From an uncultured Bacteroidota bacterium (GTDB taxonomy: Bacteria; Bacteroidota; Bacteroidia; Bacteroidales; WCHB1-69), in assembly GCA_942493315.1 (NCBI GenBank), contig OW818690.1, positions 1,714,165 to 1,778,164 on the forward strand: a DNA stretch of 64,000 nucleotides, given 5' to 3'. This document shows positions 25,378-35,660 of this stretch, in pieces. The notes below the pieces were generated by a model. It ran no database searches. It saw only the letters and a list, made by a program, of their open reading frames with translations, and was not told the origin of the DNA. The position numbers were made by a program, and so were the translations under genes. How positions within the stretch are numbered: the stretch's first letter is position 1; each line of letters begins with the position of its first letter.

Positions 25378-28300
25378 ATGAAACAAAAATCTTGGGTACT
25401 GATACTATTTTTTATTAGTTTTTTGCTTTTGTCATTTGATAATCAAGCACAAAATATTAATAAAACCTATACCATTGAGTGGGAAAATCCTCAAATTAAC
25501 ATCAATGAAGATGGATCTGAGGTACAATTATTGTATTTTAAAGAGGCTTTTTATGAAAATGAATTCCCTTCTTTACCTGTTTATGTCGATAAAATTTTAG
25601 TTCAGGCAAATTATAATGCATATCAGTATGTCATTACAGATTTAATAACTGAACCTTTCAGTGCCGAGGATGCCACATTGATACCACCCGGATATCGTAA
25701 AAATGATATTTCCGTTCAAATCAGTACTGCTTCCTCAAAAAATCAGAATTTTGCAATAATTCATTTTATACCTATTATATACTCAGGGAATAAAGCACAA
25801 AAAGTAACTTCATTTAAAATTGAGATTACACCAAGTAGTGTTGCACCTATCAAAAAATACAAAGGAGTTTCAAACTCAGTTTTATCTTCAGGAAACTGGT
25901 ATAAAATTGGAATAGTTAATTCCGGAATTTATAAAGTTACTTACGAAAATCTTGTTGCTTTGGGAATATCTTCATCTGCAATGAATTCTTCCCATTTATC
26001 CCTTTTCGGAAATGGGGGCAATATGTTACCTGAACCGAACAATATTGACAGACCTTCCGATTTGGTTGAAAATAGCGTCTGGATTCATGATGGAGGTGAT
26101 GGCGTTTTTAATTCGGGTGATTATTTTTTATTTTATGGTAAAGGAATCCATTCCTGGAAAGTTGATGCTTCATTACAAACTTTTATTCATGATTATAATG
26201 TATTTGCTGATAAAACCTATTATTTTATCACTTTTGATCCCTCCATCGGTTTAAAGAAGAGAATTACTCAAATTGATAATTCTGGTTTAGTGGATAACAT
26301 ATCCATTAATTCATATACTCATTACGATTTTTATGAAAACGACAAGTATAATTTTGCTGAATCGGGAAGACAATGGTTTGATGAAGGATTTGAAATTGAA
26401 AATACAAAGTCGTATAACTTTAACATACCTGAACCAACAGGGACACCTTTAAAATTAACTTTTGTGGCAGGAACAACCATTAGTCAAAGTTCCTCATTTT
26501 CGATTGTTGTTAACAATACAACTTTACAAAACATGACCTTGTCTGCTGTAATGTCAGGGAATTTTGGTGTTTTCAATGTAAAAAATTACTCAGTTCCTAA
26601 TCCTACTGCTCCTTTACATATTACTATGACCTACAATAAGCCTCAATCTTCTTCAATTGCCTATCTGGATTATATTGAACTACAATTGGAATGTTATCTA
26701 AAATTCTATAAAGATCAGTTTCCATTTTGTGCTCCCCAGTCAGTTGGTGAAGGAAATATTGCACTTTTTGAGATGAGTAATGCCAATAGTGCAACAAAAA
26801 TCTGGGATATCTCTAACCCTTATGAACCGGTTCAAATACTAGGTAACTTAACAAATTCTGTGTTTACTTTTAAATCTTCCACCAACACTTTAAAGTATTT
26901 TCAGGCATTTAATGGAAATAGTTTTTTAAGTATCTCAACCATCGGAAAGATCAACAATCAAAATCTTATTGGAACCTCTGATGTAGATATGATCATCATC
27001 ACACATCCTGATTTTCTGTCTGAAGCAAAAAGACATGCCCAGTTGAGATCCAACAGTGATGGATTGTCTATTGTTGTGGTTACTCCTGAACAGGTTTATA
27101 ACGAATTTTCATCCGGAACCGCAGATCCTACAGCAATAAGAGATTATATGAGAGCTGTTTACAAAAAAACTGAAGGTGAATTTCCTCAATATTTATTGCT
27201 TTTTGGCAGACCTTCTTATGATTATAGAGGGAGAGTTACAGGCACAAAACTTTACGTTCCAAACTACCAATTACAAGAATCTTTCAGTGAAAACAATCTG
27301 AGAGCTAATGACGATTATTTTGGGGTATTGGATGATAATGAAGGGGATTCCGGTTTTGGATTGATAGATATTGGGATCGGTAGATTTCCGGTAACAACAT
27401 TAAATCAGGCAGCCATCTGTGTAGATAAAACAGCCAATTATACTGCCAGACAAAGTTTAGTTTCCGATAATTCTACCATTATTTCTAATTTTGGGGATTG
27501 GAAAAATGTAATCACTTTTGTTGGTGATGATGAAGAGGATAATTATCACATGATGACTGTGAATGCAGGAGCTATCAAAGTTGGGGCCAGATATCCCCAT
27601 TTCAATTTTGACAAAATCTATTGTGATGCTTATGAACAAGTTTCTTATGCCGGAGGACAAAGATATCCTGAAGTGAACAAAGCTATCAATAACAGAATGC
27701 AAAAAGGTTCATTGATTTTTGCGTATGCTGGTCATGGTGGTGCAAATGGATGGGGCCATGAACGTTATCTTGAAATTTCAGATATCAACAAATGGACCAA
27801 CAAATACAATCAGCCCTGGATGTTCAATTTTACCTGCTCTTTTGGGTGGATTGATAGAAAATCTATTTCTCCTTCAGAATTGATATTTATAAATGACAAA
27901 GGGGGAGCTTCCGCTATGCTCACCACCTCAAGAGTTGCTTTTGCAGGACCCAATTATACTTTTTGTGAACATCTTTTTAATGTGCCTTTTATTGATGAAG
28001 ATAACAACGTTATCACAATAGGTAATTTGAATAAGGAGGGGAAAAACAGAGCTGGTAATAATGATAATTTAAAAATGTTTGTTGTAATAGGGGATCCCTC
28101 TTTAAAATTAAGTTTTCCTCTCTATAATGTAGTAACAGATTCTATCAATGGTATTTCTGTTTTTCAGGAATCTGATACCATCAGAGCACTTGAAAAAGTA
28201 ACGATTAAAGGGCATGTTACCGATTTGAATGGCAATACGTTGAACCAATTCAATGGATCTATTTTTCCTTCTGTTTATGATAAAAGTGTCAGAGTCACTA

Positions 28301-29205
28301 CCTTAATGAATGATCCTGATCGTGTAGATGGACCCTTTGAATTTGATGTACAAAAGAACATTATTTTTAAAGGAAATGCTTCTGTAACAAACGGCTATTT
28401 TGAATTCTCTTTCATTGTGCCTAAAGATATCAATTATGCTTATGGAAATGGGAAGATTAGTTACTATTTCAAATCTTCCAATTTGGACGGCAAAGGATAC
28501 ACTTCAAATTTCATTATAGGTGGTGTGAGTTCAAATCCCATAACTGATGAAAAAGGTCCGGAAATTCACATATTTTTAAATGATGAAAAATTTGTCAACG
28601 GAGGAATTACCAATCCTGATCCTCAATTGATTGTAAAACTAAAAGATGATAATGGTATTAACACTACCGGAAACGGAATTGGACACGATTTAATTGCGAT
28701 TTTAGACAATAACTCTGACTCTCAAGTAACCCTCAACGACTTTTATCAAGCAGAAAAAGATAGTTTTAACACAGGAATTGTTAGATATCCTTTGACCGAT
28801 ATAGCTCCAGGTACCCATACTTTAAAAATCAGAGCCTGGGATATTGCCAATAATGTATCGGAATCTACCATCGAATTTACAGTTATGAATGATGAAAATC
28901 TTGAAATTGAACATGTTCTCAATTATCCAAATCCATTTACAACCCATACTCAATTTTTCTTTGAACACAATCAACCCGGTCAAACTTTTGATATTATGGT
29001 TCAAATCTTTACCATTTCCGGGAAATTAGTCAAAACAATCCACTCCACACAATTTTTAACAGGTACCCGTTCGGAGGGTATCGACTGGAATGGATTGGAT
29101 GATTTTGGAGATAAATTGGCAAAAGGAACTTACATATATAAATTGATGGTTCGAAATGCAAATCATGATACCGTAGAAAAATTTGAGAAAATTGTAATCT
29201 TATAA
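25378..29205 (+). CDS. porU: T9SS sortase PorU (peptidase C25 family)
   Basis: SVLSSGNWYKIGI, IYNEFSSG-like motif, YAGHGG (His), FTCSF (Cys) and CTD LNYPNPFTT. Confidence 0.93.
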   Translation: MKQKSWVLILFFISFLLLSFDNQAQNINKTYTIEWENPQININEDGSEVQLLYFKEAFYENEFPSLPVYVDKILVQANYNAYQYVITDLITEPFSAEDATLIPPGYRKNDISVQISTASSKNQNFAIIHFIPIIYSGNKAQKVTSFKIEITPSSVAPIKKYKGVSNSVLSSGNWYKIGIVNSGIYKVTYENLVALGISSSAMNSSHLSLFGNGGNMLPEPNNIDRPSDLVENSVWIHDGGDGVFNSGDYFLFYGKGIHSWKVDASLQTFIHDYNVFADKTYYFITFDPSIGLKKRITQIDNSGLVDNISINSYTHYDFYENDKYNFAESGRQWFDEGFEIENTKSYNFNIPEPTGTPLKLTFVAGTTISQSSSFSIVVNNTTLQNMTLSAVMSGNFGVFNVKNYSVPNPTAPLHITMTYNKPQSSSIAYLDYIELQLECYLKFYKDQFPFCAPQSVGEGNIALFEMSNANSATKIWDISNPYEPVQILGNLTNSVFTFKSSTNTLKYFQAFNGNSFLSISTIGKINNQNLIGTSDVDMIIITHPDFLSEAKRHAQLRSNSDGLSIVVVTPEQVYNEFSSGTADPTAIRDYMRAVYKKTEGEFPQYLLLFGRPSYDYRGRVTGTKLYVPNYQLQESFSENNLRANDDYFGVLDDNEGDSGFGLIDIGIGRFPVTTLNQAAICVDKTANYTARQSLVSDNSTIISNFGDWKNVITFVGDDEEDNYHMMTVNAGAIKVGARYPHFNFDKIYCDAYEQVSYAGGQRYPEVNKAINNRMQKGSLIFAYAGHGGANGWGHERYLEISDINKWTNKYNQPWMFNFTCSFGWIDRKSISPSELIFINDKGGASAMLTTSRVAFAGPNYTFCEHLFNVPFIDEDNNVITIGNLNKEGKNRAGNNDNLKMFVVIGDPSLKLSFPLYNVVTDSINGISVFQESDTIRALEKVTIKGHVTDLNGNTLNQFNGSIFPSVYDKSVRVTTLMNDPDRVDGPFEFDVQKNIIFKGNASVTNGYFEFSFIVPKDINYAYGNGKISYYFKSSNLDGKGYTSNFIIGGVSSNPITDEKGPEIHIFLNDEKFVNGGITNPDPQLIVKLKDDNGINTTGNGIGHDLIAILDNNSDSQVTLNDFYQAEKDSFNTGIVRYPLTDIAPGTHTLKIRAWDIANNVSESTIEFTVMNDENLEIEHVLNYPNPFTTHTQFFFEHNQPGQTFDIMVQIFTISGKLVKTIHSTQFLTGTRSEGIDWNGLDDFGDKLAKGTYIYKLMVRNANHDTVEKFEKIVIL

Positions 29206-29216
29206 AATATTATTAG

Positions 29217-29224
29217 TATTTTTG
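29217..29224 (+). promoter_or_regulatory. -7 promoter box for porV-ispF-dcp
   Basis: TATTTTTG 37 nt upstream of porV. Confidence 0.5.
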
Positions 29225-29261
29225 CGTTTCTTTTGAATTATTATCAGCAATACATATCTAT

Positions 29262-30509
29262 ATGACAAACAAAAGCATAATTTTAACTTTAATTATCTTA
29301 CTATCAATAACTTTCGCTCATTCTCAGGACTCTTTTGATTTTGAAAATCCTTCCGCTCCCTATTATAATGCCATGACTACAGCAGTTCCATTTCTTATGA
29401 TTTCACCTGATTCAAGAGGTGCAGGAATGGGAGATATTGGTGTTGCTTCTTCAGCAGATATCAATTCTCAACACTATAATGCCGCTAAATACGTGTTTAG
29501 CAAAAGTAAATTCGGGATCTCTATGTCTTATACCCCTTGGTTAGCCGAGTTGGTGAATGATATTGACTTAGCTTATGTGTGCGGATTTGTAAAATTAACT
29601 GACATGGATGCCATTGCATTTTCATTAAGATATTTTTCATTAGGTGCGATTCAATTTACAGATTATTTTGGATACAATATCGGACCGGAAAGAACACCAC
29701 ACGAATTTGCTATCGATGCTTCCTATTCCAGAAAATTCTCTGATCATTTTTCTATGTCTTTAACTCCTCGATTTATATATTCCAATCTTGCATCTGACGT
29801 AGTGGTAACCGGTGTTGAGATGAAACCGGGAACAGCTATCGCTGCTGACTTAGGAATGTTTTATGAACAAGATTTTGATTCTCAAAGTTTTGAAAATCAA
29901 ACTGTTAGAGCAGGTTTATGTTTTTCCAATATAGGAAACAAAATTTCCTATACCGATGGTAGTATCAATAAAGATTTTCTTCCTACCAATCTTAGAATTG
30001 GTCTTTCCTACACTATGGATATTGACAAATACAACAAATGGAGTTTCTTAGGAGAAGTGGGAAAACTTTTAGTACCAACCAACCCTGTGAAAAAGGTCAA
30101 TGAATTAGGAACTCCCATTACCAATCCGGATGGAAGTTATGTATATTATGGTAATGGAATGAATCCAAAAGATATCAGTACTTTTCAAGGTATTTTAAGA
30201 TCTTTCTATGATTCACCCGGTGGTTTTAATGAAGAGATGAGAGAAATTGTATTTGCTGTAGGTACAGAATACATATATAATGATCTTTTCTCCATTAGAT
30301 TAGGAACCTTTTTTGAAAACCAATATAAAGGAGATCGAAAATTTGGAGAAGTGGGCGTTGGTTTGAAATACAATGTTTTTATTATTGATGTTTCATACTT
30401 GGTTACATTCACAAACAGAAATCCATTAGCCAATACATTAAGATTCTCCTTATCATTTGATTTTGAATCGTTTTATGCTAAAGATATAAAAAGACAAGGT
30501 AAAAAATAG
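29262..30509 (+). CDS. porV: T9SS outer-membrane shuttle PorV
   Basis: TTAVPFLMISPDSRGAGMGDIGVA, SYTPWL, LRYFSLG and PLANTLRFSLSF; between porU and ispF. Confidence 0.93.
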   Translation: MTNKSIILTLIILLSITFAHSQDSFDFENPSAPYYNAMTTAVPFLMISPDSRGAGMGDIGVASSADINSQHYNAAKYVFSKSKFGISMSYTPWLAELVNDIDLAYVCGFVKLTDMDAIAFSLRYFSLGAIQFTDYFGYNIGPERTPHEFAIDASYSRKFSDHFSMSLTPRFIYSNLASDVVVTGVEMKPGTAIAADLGMFYEQDFDSQSFENQTVRAGLCFSNIGNKISYTDGSINKDFLPTNLRIGLSYTMDIDKYNKWSFLGEVGKLLVPTNPVKKVNELGTPITNPDGSYVYYGNGMNPKDISTFQGILRSFYDSPGGFNEEMREIVFAVGTEYIYNDLFSIRLGTFFENQYKGDRKFGEVGVGLKYNVFIIDVSYLVTFTNRNPLANTLRFSLSFDFESFYAKDIKRQGKK

Positions 30510-30515
30510 AGTTTC

Positions 30516-31010
30516 ATGAAACTGAAAGTTGGGTTAGGCTACGATTCTCATAAATTGGTTGATAAGGATATCAACCAATTTCCATTTATATTAGGTGGTA
30601 TTATCATTCCTTATGATAAAAGTTGCGTGGCTCATTCTGACGGCGATGTTGTGATCCATGCTGTATGCGATGCATTGTTAGGTGCAGCAGGATTAGGAGA
30701 TATTGGCACGCTTTTTCCTGATACAGATCCTCAATTTTTTAAAAAAGATAGTCAGGAACTACTTGACCATGTCGTTACTCTCATTTCAGATCAGGGATTT
30801 ATCGTCAATAACATCGACATCACGATTATTTTAGAAAAACCGAAACTTTTCCCCTATAAACAATCTATGGCCAACAATCTGGCTCGGATTCTCAAAATTA
30901 CCCCCGATTCCGTTTCTGTAAAAGCCAAAACCAATGAAGGATTAGATGCTGTTGGTAATGGTGATGCAGTTGTGGTTCACGCTATTTGCTTATTAATAAC
31001 CAATCCTTAA
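30516..31010 (+). CDS. ispF: 2-C-methyl-D-erythritol 2,4-cyclodiphosphate synthase
   Basis: GLGYDSH, AHSDGDVVIHAVCDALLGA, DIGTLFPD and KAKTNE. Confidence 0.95.
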   Translation: MKLKVGLGYDSHKLVDKDINQFPFILGGIIIPYDKSCVAHSDGDVVIHAVCDALLGAAGLGDIGTLFPDTDPQFFKKDSQELLDHVVTLISDQGFIVNNIDITIILEKPKLFPYKQSMANNLARILKITPDSVSVKAKTNEGLDAVGNGDAVVVHAICLLITNP

Positions 31011-31013
31011 ATT

Positions 31014-33158
31014 ATGAAAAAACTTTTTTTATTCACCCTTTTAAGTCTGACCGTCATGTTGTCGAATGCACAAAAACCTAAAGACCCAAATACTACAAAA
31101 CCTGAAACAAATAATCCTGTTTCTATAGATATTCAAAACAATCCTTTAGTAGCAGAATGGAACACTCCGTTTCAAACGCCACCATTTGACTTGATTAAAT
31201 TGGAACACTATATGCCTGCTTTCGAATATGCTTTGAAGCAAGCTAAAAAGGAGATCTATATGATTGCCAATCAAAAATCTGTTCCTACATTTGAAAATAC
31301 TGTTGTAGCCATGGATCGTAGTGGTGCATTGTTAAATAGAATTTCTAATGTTTTCTTTAATATGTTATCGGCCAACACTTCACCTGAAATTCAAAAAATT
31401 GCACAGGAAGTGAGCCCATTATTAACCCAACACTCTAATGATATTTATCATGACAAAGCTCTTTTCAATAGAGTAAAGGAAGTTTATAAAATAAAAGAAA
31501 AATTGGAAAAATCGGAAGATAAAATGTTGTTGGAGAAAACTTACAAAGCATTTATCAATAGTGGTGCTGAACTTTCCTTGGAAGATCAGGAAGTATATAA
31601 CAACATCTCCATGCAACTCTCCAAACTTTCCTTACAATTCAGTGAAAATGTGTTATCAGCAACTAATGCTTTTGAGATTGTTTTTTCTAATATTGAAGAA
31701 TTAAAAGGATTACCTGAAAATGAGTTGGAAATTGCTAAGGAAAAAGCAAAAGCAAAGGGACAGGAGGGGTATCTATTTGATCTTTCAGCTCCCAGTTATG
31801 GTGCTATTATGAAATATGCCGATGATCGTAAAATGAGAGAAAAATTTTACAAAATATACAATTCCAGAGCCTTCGAAGGCGAGTTTGACAACAATGGAAT
31901 CATAGCTGAAATCGTAAGTTTAAGATTCAAAATGGCCCATCTTATGGGATTTGAAAATTATGCAGAATATGTTCTTCAGGATCGAATGGCAGAAAATTCT
32001 AAAAATGTATATAATCTGTTGGATCAACTTTTAAAAGTTTCCTATACAGCAGCAAAAGGGGAGATTGATGAAATTACAAAATATGCACAAAGCATTGGTT
32101 TTAAAGGAGCTTTAGAAAGATGGGATTTCACTTATTATTCAGAAAAATACAAAAACTTTAAGTTTAACATTTCTGATGAGATGGTAAAACCTTATTTCAA
32201 ACTGGAAAATGTGATTGATGGTGTATTTAAATTGACTAACAAATTGTATGGCATTACTTACAAACAAAATAAAAAAATTGCAGTTTATCATCAAGATGTA
32301 ACCGTTTATGAAGTTTACAGAAATAAAAATCTGATTGGAATATTATATTTAGACTTTCACCCAAGAGCTTCTAAAAGAGGAGGTGCCTGGATGACATCAT
32401 TCAGAGAACAATCGATTGATGCTAAAGGGAATAACATCAGACCTCTTGTTTCATTAGTGATGAACTTTACACCTTCCACTCCAGGAAATCCTTCTTTGTT
32501 AACTTATGATGAAGTGACCACTTTCCTTCATGAATTTGGACATGGGTTGCATGGATTGCTTTCCAATGTAACTTATGAATCTATTTCCGGAACAAGTGTT
32601 CCCAGAGATTTCGTAGAATTACCTTCTCAAATTATGGAAAATTTTGCTTCCAATCAAGAATTTTTAAAATTGTTTGCGTACCATTACAAAACTAAAAAAT
32701 TGATTCCTGAAGAAACTATTTCAAAATTGAAAGCTATGGACAATTATTTATCTGGGTACTCTTTCTGCAGACAATTAACTTTTGGATATCTGGATATGAT
32801 GTGGCACACTTTAACTCCTGAAAGATTATCACAAATAACAGAATTGGAACGTGAAGCTGTTGCAAAAACCGAACTTCTTCCAAGAGTGGACGGAACCTGT
32901 GTTAGTACTGCATTCAGTCATATTTTTGCTGGTGGTTATGCAGCAGGTTATTATGGATACAAATGGGCAGAAGTATTAGATGCTGATGCATTCTCCTATT
33001 TTGCTGAAAATGGGGTATATGATAAAAAAATTGCAGATTCCTTTGTTGAAAACATCCTTTCCAAAGGGGGAAGTTTAAAAGCGATGGATATGTACACCAA
33101 CTTCCGTGGTAGAGAACCTCAGGTAGATGCTCTTTTAAAACGTAGTGGATTAAAATAA
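31014..33158 (+). CDS. dcp: M3-family peptidyl-dipeptidase Dcp-like metallopeptidase
   Basis: Signal peptide; KRGGAWM, HEFGH, DFVELPSQIME and GYAAGYYGYKWAEVLDADAF. Confidence 0.9.
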   Translation: MKKLFLFTLLSLTVMLSNAQKPKDPNTTKPETNNPVSIDIQNNPLVAEWNTPFQTPPFDLIKLEHYMPAFEYALKQAKKEIYMIANQKSVPTFENTVVAMDRSGALLNRISNVFFNMLSANTSPEIQKIAQEVSPLLTQHSNDIYHDKALFNRVKEVYKIKEKLEKSEDKMLLEKTYKAFINSGAELSLEDQEVYNNISMQLSKLSLQFSENVLSATNAFEIVFSNIEELKGLPENELEIAKEKAKAKGQEGYLFDLSAPSYGAIMKYADDRKMREKFYKIYNSRAFEGEFDNNGIIAEIVSLRFKMAHLMGFENYAEYVLQDRMAENSKNVYNLLDQLLKVSYTAAKGEIDEITKYAQSIGFKGALERWDFTYYSEKYKNFKFNISDEMVKPYFKLENVIDGVFKLTNKLYGITYKQNKKIAVYHQDVTVYEVYRNKNLIGILYLDFHPRASKRGGAWMTSFREQSIDAKGNNIRPLVSLVMNFTPSTPGNPSLLTYDEVTTFLHEFGHGLHGLLSNVTYESISGTSVPRDFVELPSQIMENFASNQEFLKLFAYHYKTKKLIPEETISKLKAMDNYLSGYSFCRQLTFGYLDMMWHTLTPERLSQITELEREAVAKTELLPRVDGTCVSTAFSHIFAGGYAAGYYGYKWAEVLDADAFSYFAENGVYDKKIADSFVENILSKGGSLKAMDMYTNFRGREPQVDALLKRSGLK

Positions 33159-33194
33159 TCGATTTCATTTTTTGGAAATTTGGTTATTTTTATG

Positions 33195-33202
33195 TATATT
33201 TG
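33195..33202 (+). promoter_or_regulatory. -7 promoter box for kdd
   Basis: TATATTTG upstream of 33279. Confidence 0.55.
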
Positions 33203-33278
33203 CCGCGCTATAAAAAAAGACAAAAAAGAAACATAAAACATTAAAAATTAATTATTTACATTTTAATTCTTATTAAAA

Positions 33279-34322
33279 ATGCAAAAAAAAGGAAACAAAT
33301 ACGGAACTCACCGCGTAATTGAGCCAGTTGGAGTATTACCACAACCAGCTAATAAAATTGACAACAATATGGATGAGATCTATGACAATGAGATCTTAAT
33401 TGATGTACAAACATTAAATGTTGACTCTGCTTCATTTACTCAAATCAAAGAACAAGCCGGTGGCGATCATGAAAAAATAAAAGAGATCATGTTAAGCATT
33501 GTTGCTAAACAAGGAAAACATAGAAATCCTGTAACTGGATCAGGCGGAATGTTACTTGGAACAGTTGAAAAAATCGGAGATGCATTAAAAGGAAAAATTG
33601 ATCTTAAAGAGGGTGATAAAATTGCTACATTAGTATCTTTATCTTTGACTCCTTTAAGAATTGATAAAATTAAAGCGATTCGTGACTCTATCGATCAAGT
33701 TGATATTGATGGAAAAGCGATCCTTTTTGAAAGTGGTATTTATGCTAAAATACCTACTGATATGCCTGAAACATTAGCATTGTCAGCACTTGACGTGGCT
33801 GGTGCTCCTGCTCAAACTGCCAAATTATGCAAACCCGGTCAAACTGTTTTGATTATCGGTGCCGGTGGTAAATCAGGTATGTTATGTTGTTATGAAGCTA
33901 AAAAACGTGTTGGTGTTACGGGAAAAGTGATAGGAATGTGTGGAAGTAAACATTCAGCAGAAAGACTTGAAAAATTAGGATTCTGTCATGATGTATTTGT
34001 TGGAAATGCAAAAGATCCAGTTGCAATGATGACCAAAATTGAAGAGTTAACTAACGGTCAAATGGCTGATTTAACTATCAATAATGTAAATGTTCCTGAC
34101 ACTGAAATGACCAGTATTCTATGTACTAAAAATGACGGTTTGGTATATTTCTTCTCTATGGCAACCAGTTTTACAAAAGCAGCATTAGGAGCTGAAGGAG
34201 TTGGAAGTGATGTTACTATGATTGTTGGTAATGGATACACTAAAGATCATGCTGAAATCACATTAGAATTACTACGTGAAAGCAAAGAATTACGCGAATT
34301 ATTCACAGAATTATACGCATAA
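33279..34322 (+). CDS. kdd: L-erythro-3,5-diaminohexanoate dehydrogenase (lysine fermentation)
   Basis: GNKYGTHRVIEP, LNVDSASFTQ, NPVTGSGGMLLG, ATLVSLSLTPL, LDVAGAPAQ and IGNGY-type C-terminal motif. Confidence 0.92.
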   Translation: MQKKGNKYGTHRVIEPVGVLPQPANKIDNNMDEIYDNEILIDVQTLNVDSASFTQIKEQAGGDHEKIKEIMLSIVAKQGKHRNPVTGSGGMLLGTVEKIGDALKGKIDLKEGDKIATLVSLSLTPLRIDKIKAIRDSIDQVDIDGKAILFESGIYAKIPTDMPETLALSALDVAGAPAQTAKLCKPGQTVLIIGAGGKSGMLCCYEAKKRVGVTGKVIGMCGSKHSAERLEKLGFCHDVFVGNAKDPVAMMTKIEELTNGQMADLTINNVNVPDTEMTSILCTKNDGLVYFFSMATSFTKAALGAEGVGSDVTMIVGNGYTKDHAEITLELLRESKELRELFTELYA

Positions 34323-34341
34323 TTTCTTTATATCAAAAAAT

Positions 34342-34372
34342 AAAAAAAGGCTCCGTTTGGAGCTTTTTTTTT
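34342..34372 (+). terminator. intrinsic terminator after kdd
   Basis: gctcc gttt ggagc followed by a T-run. Confidence 0.8.
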
Positions 34373-34502
34373 GACTAGGGACAGGTGACTGGAGACGGGG
34401 GAATCTCGATTGCTCGGAATGCTCGATGTGCTCAATGTGCAATTGTACTCGATTGCTCTATTTTTCATTAGTCTGTAGTCCGCAGTCCGTTGTCCGTAGT
34501 CC
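34373..34502. repeat. mosaic of period-7 GAC/GTC and period-8/9 CTCGATTG repeats
   Basis: gactagg gacaggt gactgga gacgggg; ctcgattg ctcggaatg ctcgatgtg ctcaatgtg; agtctgt agtccgc agtccgt tgtccgt agtcc. Confidence 0.8.
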
Positions 34503-34630
34503 ATACTCCTTCATCGTATAATCCGTTGATTGAAATGATTTTAGAATAAATCCTTAGATTCTATGGGGCTTTTTTTTTATCAAAAATACTTATTTAAGGT
34601 TTTTTAATAAAATTTAATCTAAAAAAGGGG

Positions 34631-34638
34631 TACTTTTG
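34631..34638 (+). promoter_or_regulatory. -7 promoter box for ruvX-def
   Basis: TACTTTTG; implies a start at TTG 34657 rather than 34636. Confidence 0.55.
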
Positions 34639-34656
34639 CAATCCAAAATTGTAAAC

Positions 34657-35100
34657 TTGGGTAGAATATTGGCAATAGATTATGGACAAAAACGCGTGGG
34701 GTTCGCCGTGACTGACGAACTTAGAATTTGCGCCAATGGATTGGATACAATTCATGTTTCTAAAGCTTTTGATTTTCTTACCCATTACATCGCTTCAGAA
34801 AATGTTGATATCATCGTAGTCGGGGAACCTAAAACCATGGATTTTAATGATTCTGCTTCTGCCAGATTTATTGAACCATTCGTTAACAGATTGAAAAAAA
34901 CATTCCCCAATCTTAAAATTGACCGCTTTGACGAACGTTTTACTTCCAAAATGGCCTTCCAAACCATGATCGATGCGGGCTTAAGTAAAAAACAAAGAGC
35001 CGATAAAGGTTTGGTGGATAAGATTAGTGCTACCATTATCTTGCAATCTTATTTACAACAATTGGAAATTGAAGCAGAAAGAAACGTACCTAAAAACTAA
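34657..35100 (+). CDS. ruvX: YqgF/RuvX family nuclease
   Basis: ILAIDYGQKRVGFAVTD, VVGEP, DERFTS and DKISATIILQSYL. Confidence 0.93.
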   Translation: MGRILAIDYGQKRVGFAVTDELRICANGLDTIHVSKAFDFLTHYIASENVDIIVVGEPKTMDFNDSASARFIEPFVNRLKKTFPNLKIDRFDERFTSKMAFQTMIDAGLSKKQRADKGLVDKISATIILQSYLQQLEIEAERNVPKN

Positions 35101-35110
35101 AAAATAAACT

Positions 35111-35656
35111 ATGCTACCTGTTTACTTAATAGGAAATCCTATACTTAGAAGAAAATCTTATGAAATCCCAATGGATTATCCAAATCTGAAAGTTTTAATC
35201 GAAGACATGTTTGAAACTATGTATGCAGCTGAAGGTGTTGGCTTAGCCGCTCCTCAAGTTGGTTTTAATATTAGACTTTTTGTAATGGATTCTCACCCAT
35301 TTGTTGAGTCATATCCTGAATTGGTGCCCCTTAAAAAAGTATTCATCAATCCTACCATTGAAGAAGAATTCGGCGAATTGTTTGCCTTTACCGAAGGATG
35401 TTTAAGTGTTCCTGAAATTCATGAAGAAGTGATCCGCAAATCTAATATCAAAATCACATTCCAAGATGAAAAAGGAGATAAACATACTGAATATTTTTCA
35501 GGAATAAATGCCCGAGTGATCCAACATGAATATGATCATCTCGATGGTAAATTATTTACTGATAAAGTGTCAACTATCAAAAAAATGATTCTTAAAAAGA
35601 AACTGACCGATATTACCAACGGGAAAGTAAAACCCAGATATAAATCAAAAATTTAA
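35111..35656 (+). CDS. def: peptide deformylase
   Basis: GVGLAAPQV, EGCLSVP and QHEYDHL. Confidence 0.96.
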   Translation: MLPVYLIGNPILRRKSYEIPMDYPNLKVLIEDMFETMYAAEGVGLAAPQVGFNIRLFVMDSHPFVESYPELVPLKKVFINPTIEEEFGELFAFTEGCLSVPEIHEEVIRKSNIKITFQDEKGDKHTEYFSGINARVIQHEYDHLDGKLFTDKVSTIKKMILKKKLTDITNGKVKPRYKSKI

Positions 35657-35660
35657 GCTC

